A stretch of DNA of 64,000 nucleotides, taken from the NCBI GenBank assembly GCA_965195345.1, contig OZ239628.1, forward strand, positions 480,001-544,000, in the 5' to 3' direction. The notes under the pieces were generated by a model that was given only the letters and a program-made list of their open reading frames with translations, was not told the origin of the DNA and searched no databases. Shown in pieces: positions 17,958-29,323 of the stretch (position 1 is the stretch's first letter; every line of letters begins with the position of its first letter). The DNA comes from an uncultured Thiomicrospira sp. (GTDB lineage: Bacteria; Pseudomonadota; Gammaproteobacteria; CAKMZV01). Position numbers and translations under genes: made by a program.

Positions 17958-18212
17958 TTAGTCTGATTAAATAGCAAATTCGTTACCACATGGTTCTTGA
18001 AAGTGGAAACGAAGTCCTCAAGGGAAAGAATAGATTGATTAATCTGACTATCAGCTTTTCCTATTGTGTTCTATCATTTATTGTTGTAGAAAATGCGTTG
18101 TGTTCGGTGTCATAGCCATTAAAAGCCCAACCAAAATACACTAAAGGAAGTTCTGGTTTTTTATCTCAGAACTTGGAAATTCAATGTGATTTATTTGTTC
18201 GTGTCCATGCAT
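17958..18212 (-). pseudogene. Degraded VOC/glyoxalase-family gene
   Basis: Fragments MHGHEQINHIEFPSSEIK, GWAFNGYDTEHNAFS and GLRFHFQEPCGNEFAI*SD* are separated by indels and stops. They match the pattern INYIEFP...FGW.F.DYG..Y.AF...RRFHF.EP.GNEFAVWSD. Confidence 0.8.
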
Positions 18213-18419
18213 AATATTCTTTAAAAAAAGTAGTTTCGTGGTTAAGCGTTTAAGGGTTGTAATATGTGACTATATTATCGTGTTTTACGTTGTTTTTTCG
18301 TTATTTTGAATCCAAAGCGATTAGAGGTGCGTAATAGAGGCAAATGTTTTTCAGGTAGATGGGATTATTAACAATCTCACCGACCTGAGCAGAACCAGCT
18401 GGATAAGTTTTATAAATGG

Positions 18420-18454
18420 TTGACAAGTAGGCGCAAGGGGCATACAATGCGCCC
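18420..18454 (+). promoter_or_regulatory. Sigma70 promoter of the str operon with GC-rich discriminator
   Basis: TTGACA (18420-25), 17 bp, TACAAT (18443-48), then GCGCCC. Confidence 0.8.
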
Positions 18455-18638
18455 ACTTTTTAATTGGATACATTTACAGTGTAAATGGCATGCTGTTCTG
18501 TAATGCTTTATTAAAGAATAGATTTAAGAAAGGATTGTTGAAATATTGGTAGGTGTAAGCTTGCCCGTTGTATTTTGCAAGACAAGATGGTATTAGGTGC
18601 GCACGACGACGCATTCACGATTTTAATATGGAGATTTG

Positions 18639-19013
18639 ATGGCAACAACTAATCAGTTGATACGCAAACCACGCAAACCAAAGCGTAAAATTAATAAAGT
18701 GGCAGCACTGCAAGCGTGCCCTCAACGTAGAGGCGTTTGTACTCGTGTTTATACCACTACCCCAAAGAAACCAAATTCAGCATTACGTAAGGTAGCACGT
18801 GTACGCTTGACCAGTGGTTTTGAGGTGACGACGTATATTGGTGGTGAAGGGCATAATTTACAAGAACACTCGGTGATATTGATTCAAGGAGGGCGTGTTA
18901 AGGATTTGCCAGGTGTCCGCTATCATACTATTCGGGGTGCTCTTGATTGTGCAGGGATTGATAAGCGCAGACAGGGTCGTTCTAAGTACGGCGCTAAGCG
19001 TCCTAAAAAATAA
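18639..19013 (+). CDS. rpsL: 30S ribosomal protein S12
   Basis: [32 protein letters not shown]. Confidence 0.99.
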   Translation: MATTNQLIRKPRKPKRKINKVAALQACPQRRGVCTRVYTTTPKKPNSALRKVARVRLTSGFEVTTYIGGEGHNLQEHSVILIQGGRVKDLPGVRYHTIRGALDCAGIDKRRQGRSKYGAKRPKK

Positions 19014-19026
19014 AGGGTAAGTAATA

Positions 19027-19497
19027 ATGGCTCGCAGAAGACAAGCAGAAAAAAGGGATATTCTCCCTGATCCAAAATTTCACGATAAAACTTTGGCAAA
19101 GTTTATTAATACTTTGATGTTGAGTGGAAAGAAATCTATTGCTGAAAAAATCGTTTATGGTGCATTGGATCGTGTAGCTGAGCGTAGCAAACAAGAACCG
19201 CTTGCATTGTTTGAAACGGTACTTGAGAACATTGGTCCGCTCGTAGAGGTGAAGTCAAGACGTGTTGGTGGGGCTACTTATCAAGTGCCAATTGAAGTGC
19301 GTTACAGTCGTCGAGCCACATTGGCTATGCGCTGGTTGATTGACTCTGCTCGAAAACGTCGTGAAAAAGGGATGACATTACGGCTGGCTGCCGAAATGTT
19401 TGAAGCTTCTGAGAATCGTGGAAACGCTGTTAAGAAAAAAGAAGATGTCCATAGAATGGCAGAAGCGAATCGCGCATTTTCACATTTCCGTTGGTAA
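19027..19497 (+). CDS. rpsG: 30S ribosomal protein S7
   Basis: [24 protein letters not shown]. Confidence 0.99.
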   Translation: MARRRQAEKRDILPDPKFHDKTLAKFINTLMLSGKKSIAEKIVYGALDRVAERSKQEPLALFETVLENIGPLVEVKSRRVGGATYQVPIEVRYSRRATLAMRWLIDSARKRREKGMTLRLAAEMFEASENRGNAVKKKEDVHRMAEANRAFSHFRW

Positions 19498-19534
19498 ATT
19501 TTTAATCACATAAATACAAGAATAAAGGCAAAAA

Positions 19535-21637
19535 GTGGCAAGAGAAACTCCGCTCGATCTCTATCGTAACATTGGTATTATGGCGCACATTGATGCGGGT
19601 AAAACGACTACGACTGAACGCGTACTATATTACACTGGTGTGTCGCACAAAATTGGTGAGGTACACGATGGCGCAGCAACAATGGATTGGATGGAGCAAG
19701 AGCAGGAAAGAGGTATAACTATTACCTCTGCGGCGACGACTTGTTTCTGGAAAGGAATGGGTGGGAACTTTAAAGAACATCGCATTAACATAATTGATAC
19801 TCCTGGACACGTTGACTTCACTATCGAAGTTGAGCGTTCATTGAGAGTGCTTGATGGAGCGGTTGCTGTATTTTGTGCCGTTGGAGGAGTTGAACCTCAA
19901 TCAGAAACAGTTTGGAGACAAGCGAATAAGTATCAAGTTCCTAGAATGGCGTTCATTAACAAAATGGATCGTGCGGGAGCTAATTTCCTTCGAGTGGTTG
20001 ATCAGATTAAAACACGCCTCGGCGCAAATCCTGTAGCCATTCAACTTGCTATCGGTGCAGAGGAAAATTTTCGTGGTGTTATTGATTTGGTCAAGATGAA
20101 AGCGATAAACTGGAAAGATGAAAATATGGGCGTTGAGTTCTCATATGATGATATTCCAGAAGATATGCTTTCTTTAGCTACAGAACATCGCGAATTTATT
20201 GTAGAGGCTGCGGCTGAAGCAAGTGAAGAAATGATGGAAAAGTATTTAGAAGGCAATGAATTATCAGAAGAAGAAATTGTCGAGGGGTTACGTAAACGAT
20301 GCCTTGCAAATGAGATTATTCCCGTTCTTTGTGGCTCTGCCTTTAAAAATAAAGGTGTACAGGCTATGCTTGATGCAGTAGTCCAGTACATGCCTTCTCC
20401 ATTGAATGTTCCAGCAATTGAGGGTGAGTTGGATGATGGTGAGAAAAGCACTCGTAGTTCAAGCGACAGTGAACCTTTTTCATCCTTGGCGTTTAAAATA
20501 ATGACGGATCCATACGTTGGTACTTTGTCATTTGTACGTGTTTACTCAGGCGTCTTAAAATCAGGAGATTCGGTATATAACCCTGTTAAAAGGAAAAAAG
20601 AGCGCATAGGACGAATCCTGTTAATGCACTCTAATGAGAGAGAAGAGGTTAAAGAAATCTATGCAGGTGACATTGCTGCAGTTGTCGGGTTAAAGGATGT
20701 TACTACTGGTGATACTCTTTGTGATGTGAATAAGAAAATTACGCTTGAGCGTATGGAGTTTCCTGAGCCTGTTATTTCAGTTGCCGTGGAACCAAAATCA
20801 AAACCAGATCAAGAGAAAATGGGCTTGTCCTTGTCAAAGCTTGCTGCTGAAGATCCATCGTTTCGAGTTCACACCGATGAAGAATCTGGTCAGACAATTA
20901 TTTCTGGTATGGGTGAATTGCACCTTGAGATCATTATTGATCGCATGAAACGTGAATTTAAGGTAGAGGCGAATGTCGGTGAACCACAAGTGGCATATCG
21001 TGAAACGATACGGAATCAAGTAGAGATTGAAGGTAAATTTGTTCGTCAGTCTGGGGGACGCGGACAGTACGGTCATGTTTGGTTGCGTTTAGAACCTATC
21101 CCAGTAGACAGTGAAAATACTTATGAATTCGTTGATGAGATTGTTGGGGGAGTTGTTCCTAGAGAGTACATCCCAGCGGTTAATAAAGGAATTCAAGAAC
21201 AAATGTTGAATGGAGTGTTGGCAGGTTACCCATTGCTGGGTATTCGAGCCGCTCTTTACGATGGTTCTTACCATGATGTTGATTCATCTGAAATGGCATT
21301 TAAAATTGCAGGGTCAATGGCGCTTAAGCAAGGTGTTCTTCAAGCAAAACCTGCTTTACTTGAACCGATAATGAAGGTCGAAGTATTGACTCCAGAAGAG
21401 TCTATGGGCGATGTAATGGGCGATTTGAATCGCCGACGCGGTATTGTCGGAGGTATGGAGGATACTCCGGCTGGTAAAAAAATCGAAGCCAAAGTACCTT
21501 TGGCTGAAATGTTTGGCTATGCTACCAACTTGCGTTCTTTAACTCAAGGACGTGCTTCTTACACAATGCAATTTGAGGAATATAATGAAGCGCCTCAGAG
21601 TGTGGTAGATGTCATAATAAAATCGAAACAGGCATAA
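19535..21637 (+). CDS. fusA: Elongation factor G
   Basis: [25 protein letters not shown]. Confidence 0.99.
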   Translation: MARETPLDLYRNIGIMAHIDAGKTTTTERVLYYTGVSHKIGEVHDGAATMDWMEQEQERGITITSAATTCFWKGMGGNFKEHRINIIDTPGHVDFTIEVERSLRVLDGAVAVFCAVGGVEPQSETVWRQANKYQVPRMAFINKMDRAGANFLRVVDQIKTRLGANPVAIQLAIGAEENFRGVIDLVKMKAINWKDENMGVEFSYDDIPEDMLSLATEHREFIVEAAAEASEEMMEKYLEGNELSEEEIVEGLRKRCLANEIIPVLCGSAFKNKGVQAMLDAVVQYMPSPLNVPAIEGELDDGEKSTRSSSDSEPFSSLAFKIMTDPYVGTLSFVRVYSGVLKSGDSVYNPVKRKKERIGRILLMHSNEREEVKEIYAGDIAAVVGLKDVTTGDTLCDVNKKITLERMEFPEPVISVAVEPKSKPDQEKMGLSLSKLAAEDPSFRVHTDEESGQTIISGMGELHLEIIIDRMKREFKVEANVGEPQVAYRETIRNQVEIEGKFVRQSGGRGQYGHVWLRLEPIPVDSENTYEFVDEIVGGVVPREYIPAVNKGIQEQMLNGVLAGYPLLGIRAALYDGSYHDVDSSEMAFKIAGSMALKQGVLQAKPALLEPIMKVEVLTPEESMGDVMGDLNRRRGIVGGMEDTPAGKKIEAKVPLAEMFGYATNLRSLTQGRASYTMQFEEYNEAPQSVVDVIIKSKQA

Positions 21638-21659
21638 CGACTAATTTAGGAGGCTTACT

Positions 21660-22850
21660 ATGTCAAAGGCAAAATTTGAGCGTACAAAACCCCACGTTAA
21701 TGTGGGAACAATAGGTCATGTTGATCACGGAAAAACAACGTTGACGGCGGCTCTGACGATTTTTTCTGCGAAAAAATTTGGTGGAGAATCGAAAGCTTAT
21801 GATCAGATTGATAACGCTCCTGAAGAGCGTGCAAGAGGTATAACGATTTCGACAGCACACGTGGAATATGAAACAGAAGCAAGACATTATGCTCATGTGG
21901 ATTGCCCAGGGCATGCTGACTACGTCAAGAACATGATTACTGGTGCCGCCCAAATGGATGGTGCTATATTGGTATGTTCAGCGGCTGATGGACCAATGCC
22001 CCAAACACGTGAACACATACTATTGGCTCGTCAAGTAGGTGTGCCATATATTATTGTTTATTTGAACAAAGCAGATATGGTTGATGATGAGGAGTTGTTG
22101 GAATTGGTAGAGATAGAGGTTCGTGAACTTTTATCGATCTATGAATTTCCAGGAGACGATATACCAGTGATAACCGGTTCGGCGTTAAAAGCTGTAGAAG
22201 GTGATGAATCAGAGATTGGTACACAGTCAATTCAAACATTGCTTGATGCACTGGATAGTTATATCCCTCAACCAGAACGTGCTATAGAGAAAGAATTTGT
22301 TATGCCTATAGAAGATGTTTTTTCTATACAAGGTCGTGGGACAGTGGTAACTGGACGTATAGAAAGCGGTGTTGTGAATGTAGGAGATGAGATTCAAATT
22401 ATAGGTATACGCGAAACTCAGACAACAACGGTTACTGGCGTTGAGATGTTTCGTAAGTTATTGGACAGAGGTGAGGCAGGTGATAATGTGGGTGTATTGT
22501 TGCGTGGAACAAAACGCGACGACGTAGAGCGTGGGCAGGTATTAGCAAAGCCTGGAGCGATTAATCCACATACGAAGTTTGAAGCCGAGGTTTATGTGTT
22601 GAGCAAAGAAGAAGGTGGACGTCATACACCATTTTTCTCAAACTACCGCCCTCAATTTTATTTTAGAACAACCGATGTTACTGGAGCAATTGAGTTACCT
22701 GGAGGTACCGAAATGGTAATGCCAGGTGATAATATTTCTATAGTAGTTGAATTAATAGCGCCAATTGCAATGAATGAAGGATTGCGATTCGCGATTCGTG
22801 AAGGTGGACGCACGGTTGGAGCTGGTGTTGTGAGTAAAATTATTTCATAA
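21660..22850 (+). CDS. tuf: Elongation factor Tu
   Basis: [27 protein letters not shown]. Confidence 0.99.
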   Translation: MSKAKFERTKPHVNVGTIGHVDHGKTTLTAALTIFSAKKFGGESKAYDQIDNAPEERARGITISTAHVEYETEARHYAHVDCPGHADYVKNMITGAAQMDGAILVCSAADGPMPQTREHILLARQVGVPYIIVYLNKADMVDDEELLELVEIEVRELLSIYEFPGDDIPVITGSALKAVEGDESEIGTQSIQTLLDALDSYIPQPERAIEKEFVMPIEDVFSIQGRGTVVTGRIESGVVNVGDEIQIIGIRETQTTTVTGVEMFRKLLDRGEAGDNVGVLLRGTKRDDVERGQVLAKPGAINPHTKFEAEVYVLSKEEGGRHTPFFSNYRPQFYFRTTDVTGAIELPGGTEMVMPGDNISIVVELIAPIAMNEGLRFAIREGGRTVGAGVVSKIIS

Positions 22851-22871
22851 ATATTTTTGTCAACTCACCAA

Positions 22872-22897
22872 AAAAAAGCCCCTTACGGGGCTTTTTT
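22872..22897 (+). terminator. Intrinsic terminator after tuf
   Basis: AAAAAAGCCCC-TTAC-GGGGCTTTTTT. Confidence 0.9.
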
Positions 22898-23184
22898 GTT
22901 TTCAAGCATAAAGTGATTTTGAAAAAAAAGTTGGGCTTTAAATACTGGGATGTGAAAATAATGAACGTTTAACTTGTAGACTGAACGTCACATTACAAAA
23001 GCGCATTGTATTATCCATGAGCTCACAAATTAGAACAAAACATGCATGCATACATAATTCTATTTGCTATTTTTTATAGCTTCAAGGTCCATGTTGGATT
23101 GCGTAACTTTTATCACCGTGAATGCAGTGAGCGTAGTCTGCTAATTAATGATATTGCTAATCAGCAAGTATTTGCTGGAGTTGG

Positions 23185-24189
23185 ATGTCAATGGTAGCGA
23201 TGTCTATTAGAGTAGCAGCGTTCGGTTGCTTACTTGTTCTTAGTCCATTATTTGCTGATGAAAAGATTTTTATTGATAGACAAACAGCAACTATTCTTTA
23301 CGACCCAACTTTTGAAGCAGAAGAAAAGAAACATGCTCGAAATTGGATCAAATTTGTGTTGCATTCTGCAACGCAAGTTTTTGGTGAATTACCGCAAGAT
23401 AGTATCAATGTAAAGTTGGAAAAGCATGGGGGAAATTATGGAATTACTAAAAGAGATGTTGACAATAACAGCAGCTTAAAATCTCAATTTAGGCGTGCTG
23501 GACCAGTACCTTGGGGTGAAGTTCGAAGGACCAATCCCGTGACAATTAAGTTGATTGTTAATCCTCTTGCGTATTCATGGAATGACATCCGTCGTGATTG
23601 GACGGCATACCATGAAGTAAGTCATTTGTTTATACCCTATGACGGGTGGTCAGGTCCACGATGGTTTATAGAAGGACTGGCGAGCTATTACCAAAATATA
23701 TTACAAGGACGATCGGGGCTAGTAAGCGAGAAGAGGATGTGGAATAAGCTTGTCGCAGGCTTTGTTCGTGGAGAGAAAGATGACCAGTTGGGACGCTATA
23801 ACCTTAATGTTTTAAGTAAGAATGTAAGGAATTTTCGAGCTTTTATGCGTGTTTATTGGAGTGGCGCTTTTTATTGGTTTAAAGCTGATGTGATCGTGCG
23901 GAGGGATAGTAATAATCAACAAAGTCTCGATTCCTTATTGGGGGAATTAAAAAGTTGTTGCCAACATAGAGAACTGAATGGACGTAATACAGCAAAAAAA
24001 CTCGATGAACTTTACGGAAAGGCATTATTTCTACCCCTCTTTAATTCGTTCCAGCAATTACATGCGATGCCAACATTTCGACCACTGCTCCGTTCACTAG
24101 GAATAATTGAAAGTTGGGGAGATGTTACATTACAAAACGATGCGCCATTGCTTGAAATTAGAAAAAGTATTTATCAAAAAAGGTCATGA
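23185..24189 (+). CDS. Exported gluzincin-type (M61/M1-like) metallopeptidase
   Basis: Signal peptide; HEVSH followed by WFIEGLASYY; RVYWSGA. Confidence 0.7.
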   Translation: MSMVAMSIRVAAFGCLLVLSPLFADEKIFIDRQTATILYDPTFEAEEKKHARNWIKFVLHSATQVFGELPQDSINVKLEKHGGNYGITKRDVDNNSSLKSQFRRAGPVPWGEVRRTNPVTIKLIVNPLAYSWNDIRRDWTAYHEVSHLFIPYDGWSGPRWFIEGLASYYQNILQGRSGLVSEKRMWNKLVAGFVRGEKDDQLGRYNLNVLSKNVRNFRAFMRVYWSGAFYWFKADVIVRRDSNNQQSLDSLLGELKSCCQHRELNGRNTAKKLDELYGKALFLPLFNSFQQLHAMPTFRPLLRSLGIIESWGDVTLQNDAPLLEIRKSIYQKRS

Positions 24190-25565
24190 GGCTTTTTGTA
24201 TATTTACTGGCAATTTTTATTGCTGAAGCTTCGGCTTCAATGGGTAGGGCAGAGTTAGAGGAAATGTTCAGGCATTCAGGAGCAAGTGCGGTAACTTGGG
24301 TTGTTATTGACGGTTCTGATCCTAATACTTTAAGAAATCCTATGATAAGCATAGGGGGAGCGGGGTATTATGGATTAGATGATAAGCGTAGAGTCACTGG
24401 TAGAAGTAAATTTCGTATTGGTTCAATTACCAAAACATTTACTGCTTTAGCAGCATTAAAGCTACAAGAAGAAGGCAAAATCAATATTAATGACTCTATA
24501 CTTAAGTATGCACCTGAAATTCGATTGGAGAAGGAATCAAATGATTTAATCAGTATTGCCATGCTACTAGAACACACAAGTGGATTGCAAGACTTGACTA
24601 GTAAGGAGTTTAACTATCCTTACCCATTGCCTCTTGATGAGGCATTTAAGTTGGAGCAATCTCCAAGAAAAATAGTTTGGGAAACAGGCAAACATATATC
24701 TTACAGTAATGCAGGAGCGGGCTTAGTCTCTAAAGCAATTGAAAACGTTACGAAACAAAATTACGATGAATGGTTCTCACAAAATGTTTTGCAACCATTA
24801 GGAATGCATAATTCCCAATTACACTGGGACAAACACTTAGAAGAAGATTTAATCAAAGGCTACGATAGTGACTTTAAAAAAGTAATACCCTACTGGCACA
24901 CGCTTTTTCGGGCTTTTGGTGGAATGAATACAACTGCTGAAGATATGGTGCCATTTTTATTGCTTTTACTTAATAGAGGAAAACTCTCAGGCAAACAACT
25001 GTGGCAGAGTTCAAGCATTGATCGGATGGAGCATTCTTATACCTCTTTGGCAGGAGAGCACCAATTGTCTGGGAACTATAATTTTGGTTTAAAGGAGGAG
25101 TTAGAGGGCACACAGAGCGTGTATGGGCATAGCGGTGATGCTGATGGATACCTTACTCAATTTAATTACAATAGGCAAGCAAAGCGGGCATATTTTGTTA
25201 TGGTTAATGCTTTTAATTTTAGAGCACGAGATGTTTTTGAAAAAAAAATGGACGCCTGGTTGATAAGTAAATTGCCAAATAAACCTATTCCACCAGCATA
25301 TGCAATAGATACGTCTACATTACAAAGTTATGTAGGGAAGTTTAAAAAAATCACACATCGTTTTAATTTTTCGAAAAAAGAAGAGATTTTACGCATTGTA
25401 TTTGAAAAAAATAAATTATGGTTAATCCAAAATAGGAGAAAACATAAGCTTATTCCTGTTGATGCACGCCGCTTCCGATTGGAAAATAATGCACTTGCAA
25501 GTGTATTATTTCTACCCAATAAAGTGGTACGCTCTAGCTATGGTTCATTTGAGCGAATAGAATAA
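24186..25565 (+). CDS. Serine hydrolase, beta-lactamase/class C PBP family
   Basis: SITK (SxxK), LLEHTSG, YSN, GHSG; signal peptide. Confidence 0.85.
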   Translation: MRLFVYLLAIFIAEASASMGRAELEEMFRHSGASAVTWVVIDGSDPNTLRNPMISIGGAGYYGLDDKRRVTGRSKFRIGSITKTFTALAALKLQEEGKININDSILKYAPEIRLEKESNDLISIAMLLEHTSGLQDLTSKEFNYPYPLPLDEAFKLEQSPRKIVWETGKHISYSNAGAGLVSKAIENVTKQNYDEWFSQNVLQPLGMHNSQLHWDKHLEEDLIKGYDSDFKKVIPYWHTLFRAFGGMNTTAEDMVPFLLLLLNRGKLSGKQLWQSSSIDRMEHSYTSLAGEHQLSGNYNFGLKEELEGTQSVYGHSGDADGYLTQFNYNRQAKRAYFVMVNAFNFRARDVFEKKMDAWLISKLPNKPIPPAYAIDTSTLQSYVGKFKKITHRFNFSKKEEILRIVFEKNKLWLIQNRRKHKLIPVDARRFRLENNALASVLFLPNKVVRSSYGSFERIE

Positions 25566-25615
25566 CTCTTGTAATCTAATGCATTTATGCCTGTTTTGCA
25601 ATTGAACTTATGTGT

Positions 25616-26350
25616 CTAGTTGACTGAAAAAACAGGGTTCAAATCAATTACTTTTTGTATATCATCGGCAATTTCAGGTAAGTCTATCTGCAAGTATGCA
25701 TCTCGCATTAATACAAGTGCCTTTCGCGAAGAAGGAGTTGTTGGGTATTTATCAATAATTAATTGACAACGATTAATTACTGCAACCCACGCTCTTCTTG
25801 AGGAATAATAATTTGCAACAAATAGTTCGTGACGAGAAATTCGGTTTTCTAATGCTGGGATACGCTGTTTAGCAGTCGTTAGATAGGTACTTTCGGGGAA
25901 ACGTCTTATGAAATTTTTATAACGCGTCACCGCTTGCTTATAATTAGATACGTCTTTTTTGGCGGGATCGTTGATATACGTATTGGAAAGGCTAAATGCT
26001 TGTGATTCTTTAAGAAAGGCGAGCATAAAAAACGCATAATCAAGGTTTTTATGATTTGGAAAGTTGTGAATAAATTCATTAAACTCAAGCTCTGCCGTAT
26101 TAAAGGAATCTTGCAAAAACCACGCATAACCTTTGTCTAACCATGCTTGTTCTGTATAAACGCCAAAAGGATATTTTGACTGTAAAAAATCGTAAGTTTC
26201 GATCGCATCCTCAAGATCACCATCCTCAAGCTGTTCTTTTGCATCAGTATAGAGTTCATGATCATTACCCAGATTTTTTTTTGATGTAGAACAGCTGGCT
26301 ACAAACAAGGTTACGAATACAATGAGCAATGTATATTTTATAGGATGCAT
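25616..26350 (-). CDS. bamD: Outer membrane assembly lipoprotein BamD
   Basis: Lipobox VASC, YPFGVY TPR region, HELFVANYY; divergent from rluD. Confidence 0.9.
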   Translation of the reverse strand: MHPIKYTLLIVFVTLFVASCSTSKKNLGNDHELYTDAKEQLEDGDLEDAIETYDFLQSKYPFGVYTEQAWLDKGYAWFLQDSFNTAELEFNEFIHNFPNHKNLDYAFFMLAFLKESQAFSLSNTYINDPAKKDVSNYKQAVTRYKNFIRRFPESTYLTTAKQRIPALENRISRHELFVANYYSSRRAWVAVINRCQLIIDKYPTTPSSRKALVLMRDAYLQIDLPEIADDIQKVIDLNPVFSVN

Positions 26351-26388
26351 TTGAATATTTTAGTTTGTTAATAATCTGGGTGGATTAT

Positions 26389-27438
26389 ATGAGAGAACGT
26401 TTTATAGTTTGTGATGAATTTGAAGGGCACCGTTTTGATGCAGTACTTACGCACTTTCTTAAACCGCTGTCACGGTCGCAAATCAAACCATTAATTGAAG
26501 AAGGAAATGCGCTTTTGGATAATCAACCCTCCTCTCCAAAAACAAAAGTGCGCATTGGCCAAGAGTTGAGTGCTGATATTACGGCGATACTCAGCAGTCG
26601 AACAATTGAAGATCTGCCTGAAGACATCCCTTTGAACATTGTCTTTTCTGATGAAAACTTATTGGTTATTAATAAACCAGTTGGCTTGGTTGTTCATCCA
26701 GGTTCAGGACAGGCAAAGGGTACTTTGTTGAATGCATTATTGCATTATGATGCACAACTTTCTCAGTTGCCTCGAGCTGGAATTGTGCATCGCCTTGATA
26801 AAATGACTTCGGGATTGATGGTTGTAGCACGTGATGAAAATGCACGCATTTTTTTGATAGACCAACTAAAGGAACACAAAGTTAGACGTGTTTATAAAGC
26901 CTTGGTTCGTGGGAATCCCATTAGTGGAGGAAGCGTTGATAAACCTATCGGACGGCATCCGAAAGCACGTAAGAAAATGGCTGTGCGAGTAACTGGAGGT
27001 AAGCGCGCAGTAACGCATTATCGAATTCTTCAACGATTTAAAGGATACACGCTTATTGAAGCAACTCTTGAAACGGGGCGTACTCATCAAATTCGAGTGC
27101 ATATGGCACATTTAGGATTTCCTATAGTAGGTGACGCTGTTTACGCTAGACGAATGGCGTTGCCAGCAGGATTGACGGAGCAAACGATTTCGGCTGTTCT
27201 TGGTTTTAAGCGGCAAGCATTGCATGCCAGCAAACTTGAATTGCAGCATCCGATCACAGGGAAGAAAAAACTATGGAAAGCAGCTTTACCTGAAGATATG
27301 CAAGATTTGGTGAGCGCAATGACTACTGCCGGTGATACGTATATAAATAATCATGATTTTTTTGAAAGCAGTGCGTATTTTGATAGTTTTGAAGAAAATC
27401 AGGATTCGGAAGTATTTGATGAGGATGAAGAGGTTTAG
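26389..27438 (+). CDS. rluD: 23S rRNA pseudouridine synthase RluD
   Basis: S4 domain, NKPVGLVVHP, GIVHRLDKMTSG, TGRTHQIRVH; acidic tail. Confidence 0.95.
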   Translation: MRERFIVCDEFEGHRFDAVLTHFLKPLSRSQIKPLIEEGNALLDNQPSSPKTKVRIGQELSADITAILSSRTIEDLPEDIPLNIVFSDENLLVINKPVGLVVHPGSGQAKGTLLNALLHYDAQLSQLPRAGIVHRLDKMTSGLMVVARDENARIFLIDQLKEHKVRRVYKALVRGNPISGGSVDKPIGRHPKARKKMAVRVTGGKRAVTHYRILQRFKGYTLIEATLETGRTHQIRVHMAHLGFPIVGDAVYARRMALPAGLTEQTISAVLGFKRQALHASKLELQHPITGKKKLWKAALPEDMQDLVSAMTTAGDTYINNHDFFESSAYFDSFEENQDSEVFDEDEEV

Positions 27439-28179
27439 ATGACATTGCAGGAAAAGCATGTTGTTACGGCTAATTGGTCGAAATTGCAAAATGTATATGC
27501 AATTACCACCACTCGAATTGGAGGGAGAAGTAGAGGAAGTTATAGTCAATTAAATTTGGGGTATCATGTCGATGATGAGGCTGAGGATGTGTATTTTAAT
27601 CGACAGGAACTGTATAAAATGCTGGGTCAGGAACCGTTATGGCTACGGCAAGTACACGGGAACAGAATCATTGATGCTGATAAGGCTGTGAATGATTTTG
27701 TTGCAGATGGTGCTATAACAACACGTCAAAATTTTCCAATTGCAGTCATGACTGCTGATTGCCTTCCAATAGTAATGGCTGATAAAAATGGACAAGTAAT
27801 TGGTATTATTCATGCTGGTTGGCGTGGCTTATCGCTGGGGATCATAGAAGCGTTAATTGAGTCTTTCGCTTTTAAAGGGGTGATGCCCTTCAATATACAG
27901 GCATGGATTGGTCCATCAATCTCAATGCGTCAATATGAGGTAGATGAAAAAATAAAAAATGTCTTTCATGAACACCCTGAAGCATTCACGGCCACTAAAC
28001 CTGGGCATTGGTTTGCAGATTTAAAATTAATCGCAATGAATAAAATGAAGATGAAGGGTTTGGAGAGCATAAGTGATTCAGGGTTATGCACGTTTTCTAA
28101 TGAAAACTTTTTTTCTTACAGGCGGGATCATAAATGTGGCCGATTGGCAACAGTTGTTGTTAAATTAAGCGACATATGA
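27439..28179 (+). CDS. pgeF: PgeF/YfiH family protein
   Basis: QVHG, TADCLP, HAGWRG, FFSYRR; directly follows rluD. Confidence 0.93.
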   Translation: MTLQEKHVVTANWSKLQNVYAITTTRIGGRSRGSYSQLNLGYHVDDEAEDVYFNRQELYKMLGQEPLWLRQVHGNRIIDADKAVNDFVADGAITTRQNFPIAVMTADCLPIVMADKNGQVIGIIHAGWRGLSLGIIEALIESFAFKGVMPFNIQAWIGPSISMRQYEVDEKIKNVFHEHPEAFTATKPGHWFADLKLIAMNKMKMKGLESISDSGLCTFSNENFFSYRRDHKCGRLATVVVKLSDI

Positions 28180-28555
28180 TTTATTTGAATATAGGGTGCT
28201 AGAGCATATATTTTCGAAAACTCATTGCATGATCGCACCATAAAAGAAATATACTGCAAATCTTAACCGTAGAGCCAAACTGTTCTAAATTTACAGGTAC
28301 AGCTTGGGTCTTTTATTCCCAAAAATACTCATTTTAATATTATGTGGTTGCATTTTTATAAAATCGTATGCTATAGTTTAAAATGTTCGTTTGTGGATGC
28401 TAAAACACTGAGCTCCTTCGAAAGCTTAGAATTACATAGTTCTTAGTTAGAGTCAATCGATGAGATTGAGGATATATGTTTTTGTATGTCAAAAGTACTT
28501 TTATAGAGTTTGAGTTGGTACTTGTGGTTAGCATTCTAAATATTTTAATTAAGTT

Positions 28556-28954
28556 ATGTATGGGGGACTTATGCATCAAGGAAATAGTATAAGCTTGCAC
28601 GTTCGGCAAGCTTTTTCAGAGCGATTTAGGACGTTACTAATTGAAAAAGAATTATTGCCAGGTTCGTATACGCACATCGCAAAAATTTTTCAAGTTTCAC
28701 CAAAGGCCATTAGGCGCTGGCTTGAAGGAACCGCTACTCCAAATCAACACCGTTTGTACTCCGTTTCTGAGTATTTTGGAGTACACATAAAATGGTTATT
28801 GTTAGGGGAGGGGGAATGCTATAAAAATTCAGCATCAAACCAAGAAAAAGGAAATATTTTCATTTCAAATATTGAGGTGGAAATGCTAGATGGATATAGG
28901 AAGTTATTGCCTAATCAACAAGCGTGTTTTGTGCAGCTATTAAGGAGTATGTGA
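28556..28954 (+). CDS. XRE/Cro-CI-type HTH transcriptional regulator
   Basis: FSERFR...IAKIFQVSPKAIRRWLEG..P...FGVHIKWLLLGEG. Start may be 28571. Confidence 0.8.
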   Translation: MYGGLMHQGNSISLHVRQAFSERFRTLLIEKELLPGSYTHIAKIFQVSPKAIRRWLEGTATPNQHRLYSVSEYFGVHIKWLLLGEGECYKNSASNQEKGNIFISNIEVEMLDGYRKLLPNQQACFVQLLRSM

Positions 28955-28999
28955 GCTTGTAGTCTGTGATTTTCAGGTCAGTAGCTCACGGTTTTTTTT
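28951..28999 (+). terminator. Possible terminator after the XRE gene
   Basis: GTGAGCT...AGCTCAC arms followed by a T-run. Confidence 0.45.
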
Positions 29000-29007
29000 G
29001 AGAATTA

Positions 29008-29262
29008 TTGTTAAATTTAAAGAGCTAAGGATAGTGCACAGCATCTTCAACAATAGACAATGAATTACCCGCACCTATGATAATGTAATCAAGCAGACGA
29101 ACATCAATCAAGTTTAATAAATATTTAAATTCTTTGGTCAATTGTTTGTCGGTTTGGTTCGGTGTTAGGTATCCAGAAGGATGGTTGTGAGTGATAGATA
29201 GTAGTTGCTGTGTTGTGGTCAATCAATTTATGTATGGTTGTTCTAAGATACACCACAGTTGA
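29008..29262 (-). pseudogene. Degenerate tandem copy of the 3' part of radC
   Basis: Colinear with about 29306-29560, including the sequence beyond the stop. Encodes THNHPSG...LLDYIIIGAG (His->Tyr), with an indel and no 5' half. Confidence 0.9.
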
Positions 29263-29323
29263 TTAAATTTGTAGATCATTAATTCACGGATGTCTTTTGT
29301 GGGCGTTGTTAAATTTAAAAAAG

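Noticed and set aside
24186-25565. Beta-lactam resistance gene
   Set aside because: SxxK/YxN/HxG motifs are shared by many esterases and peptidases; nothing specific to AmpC.
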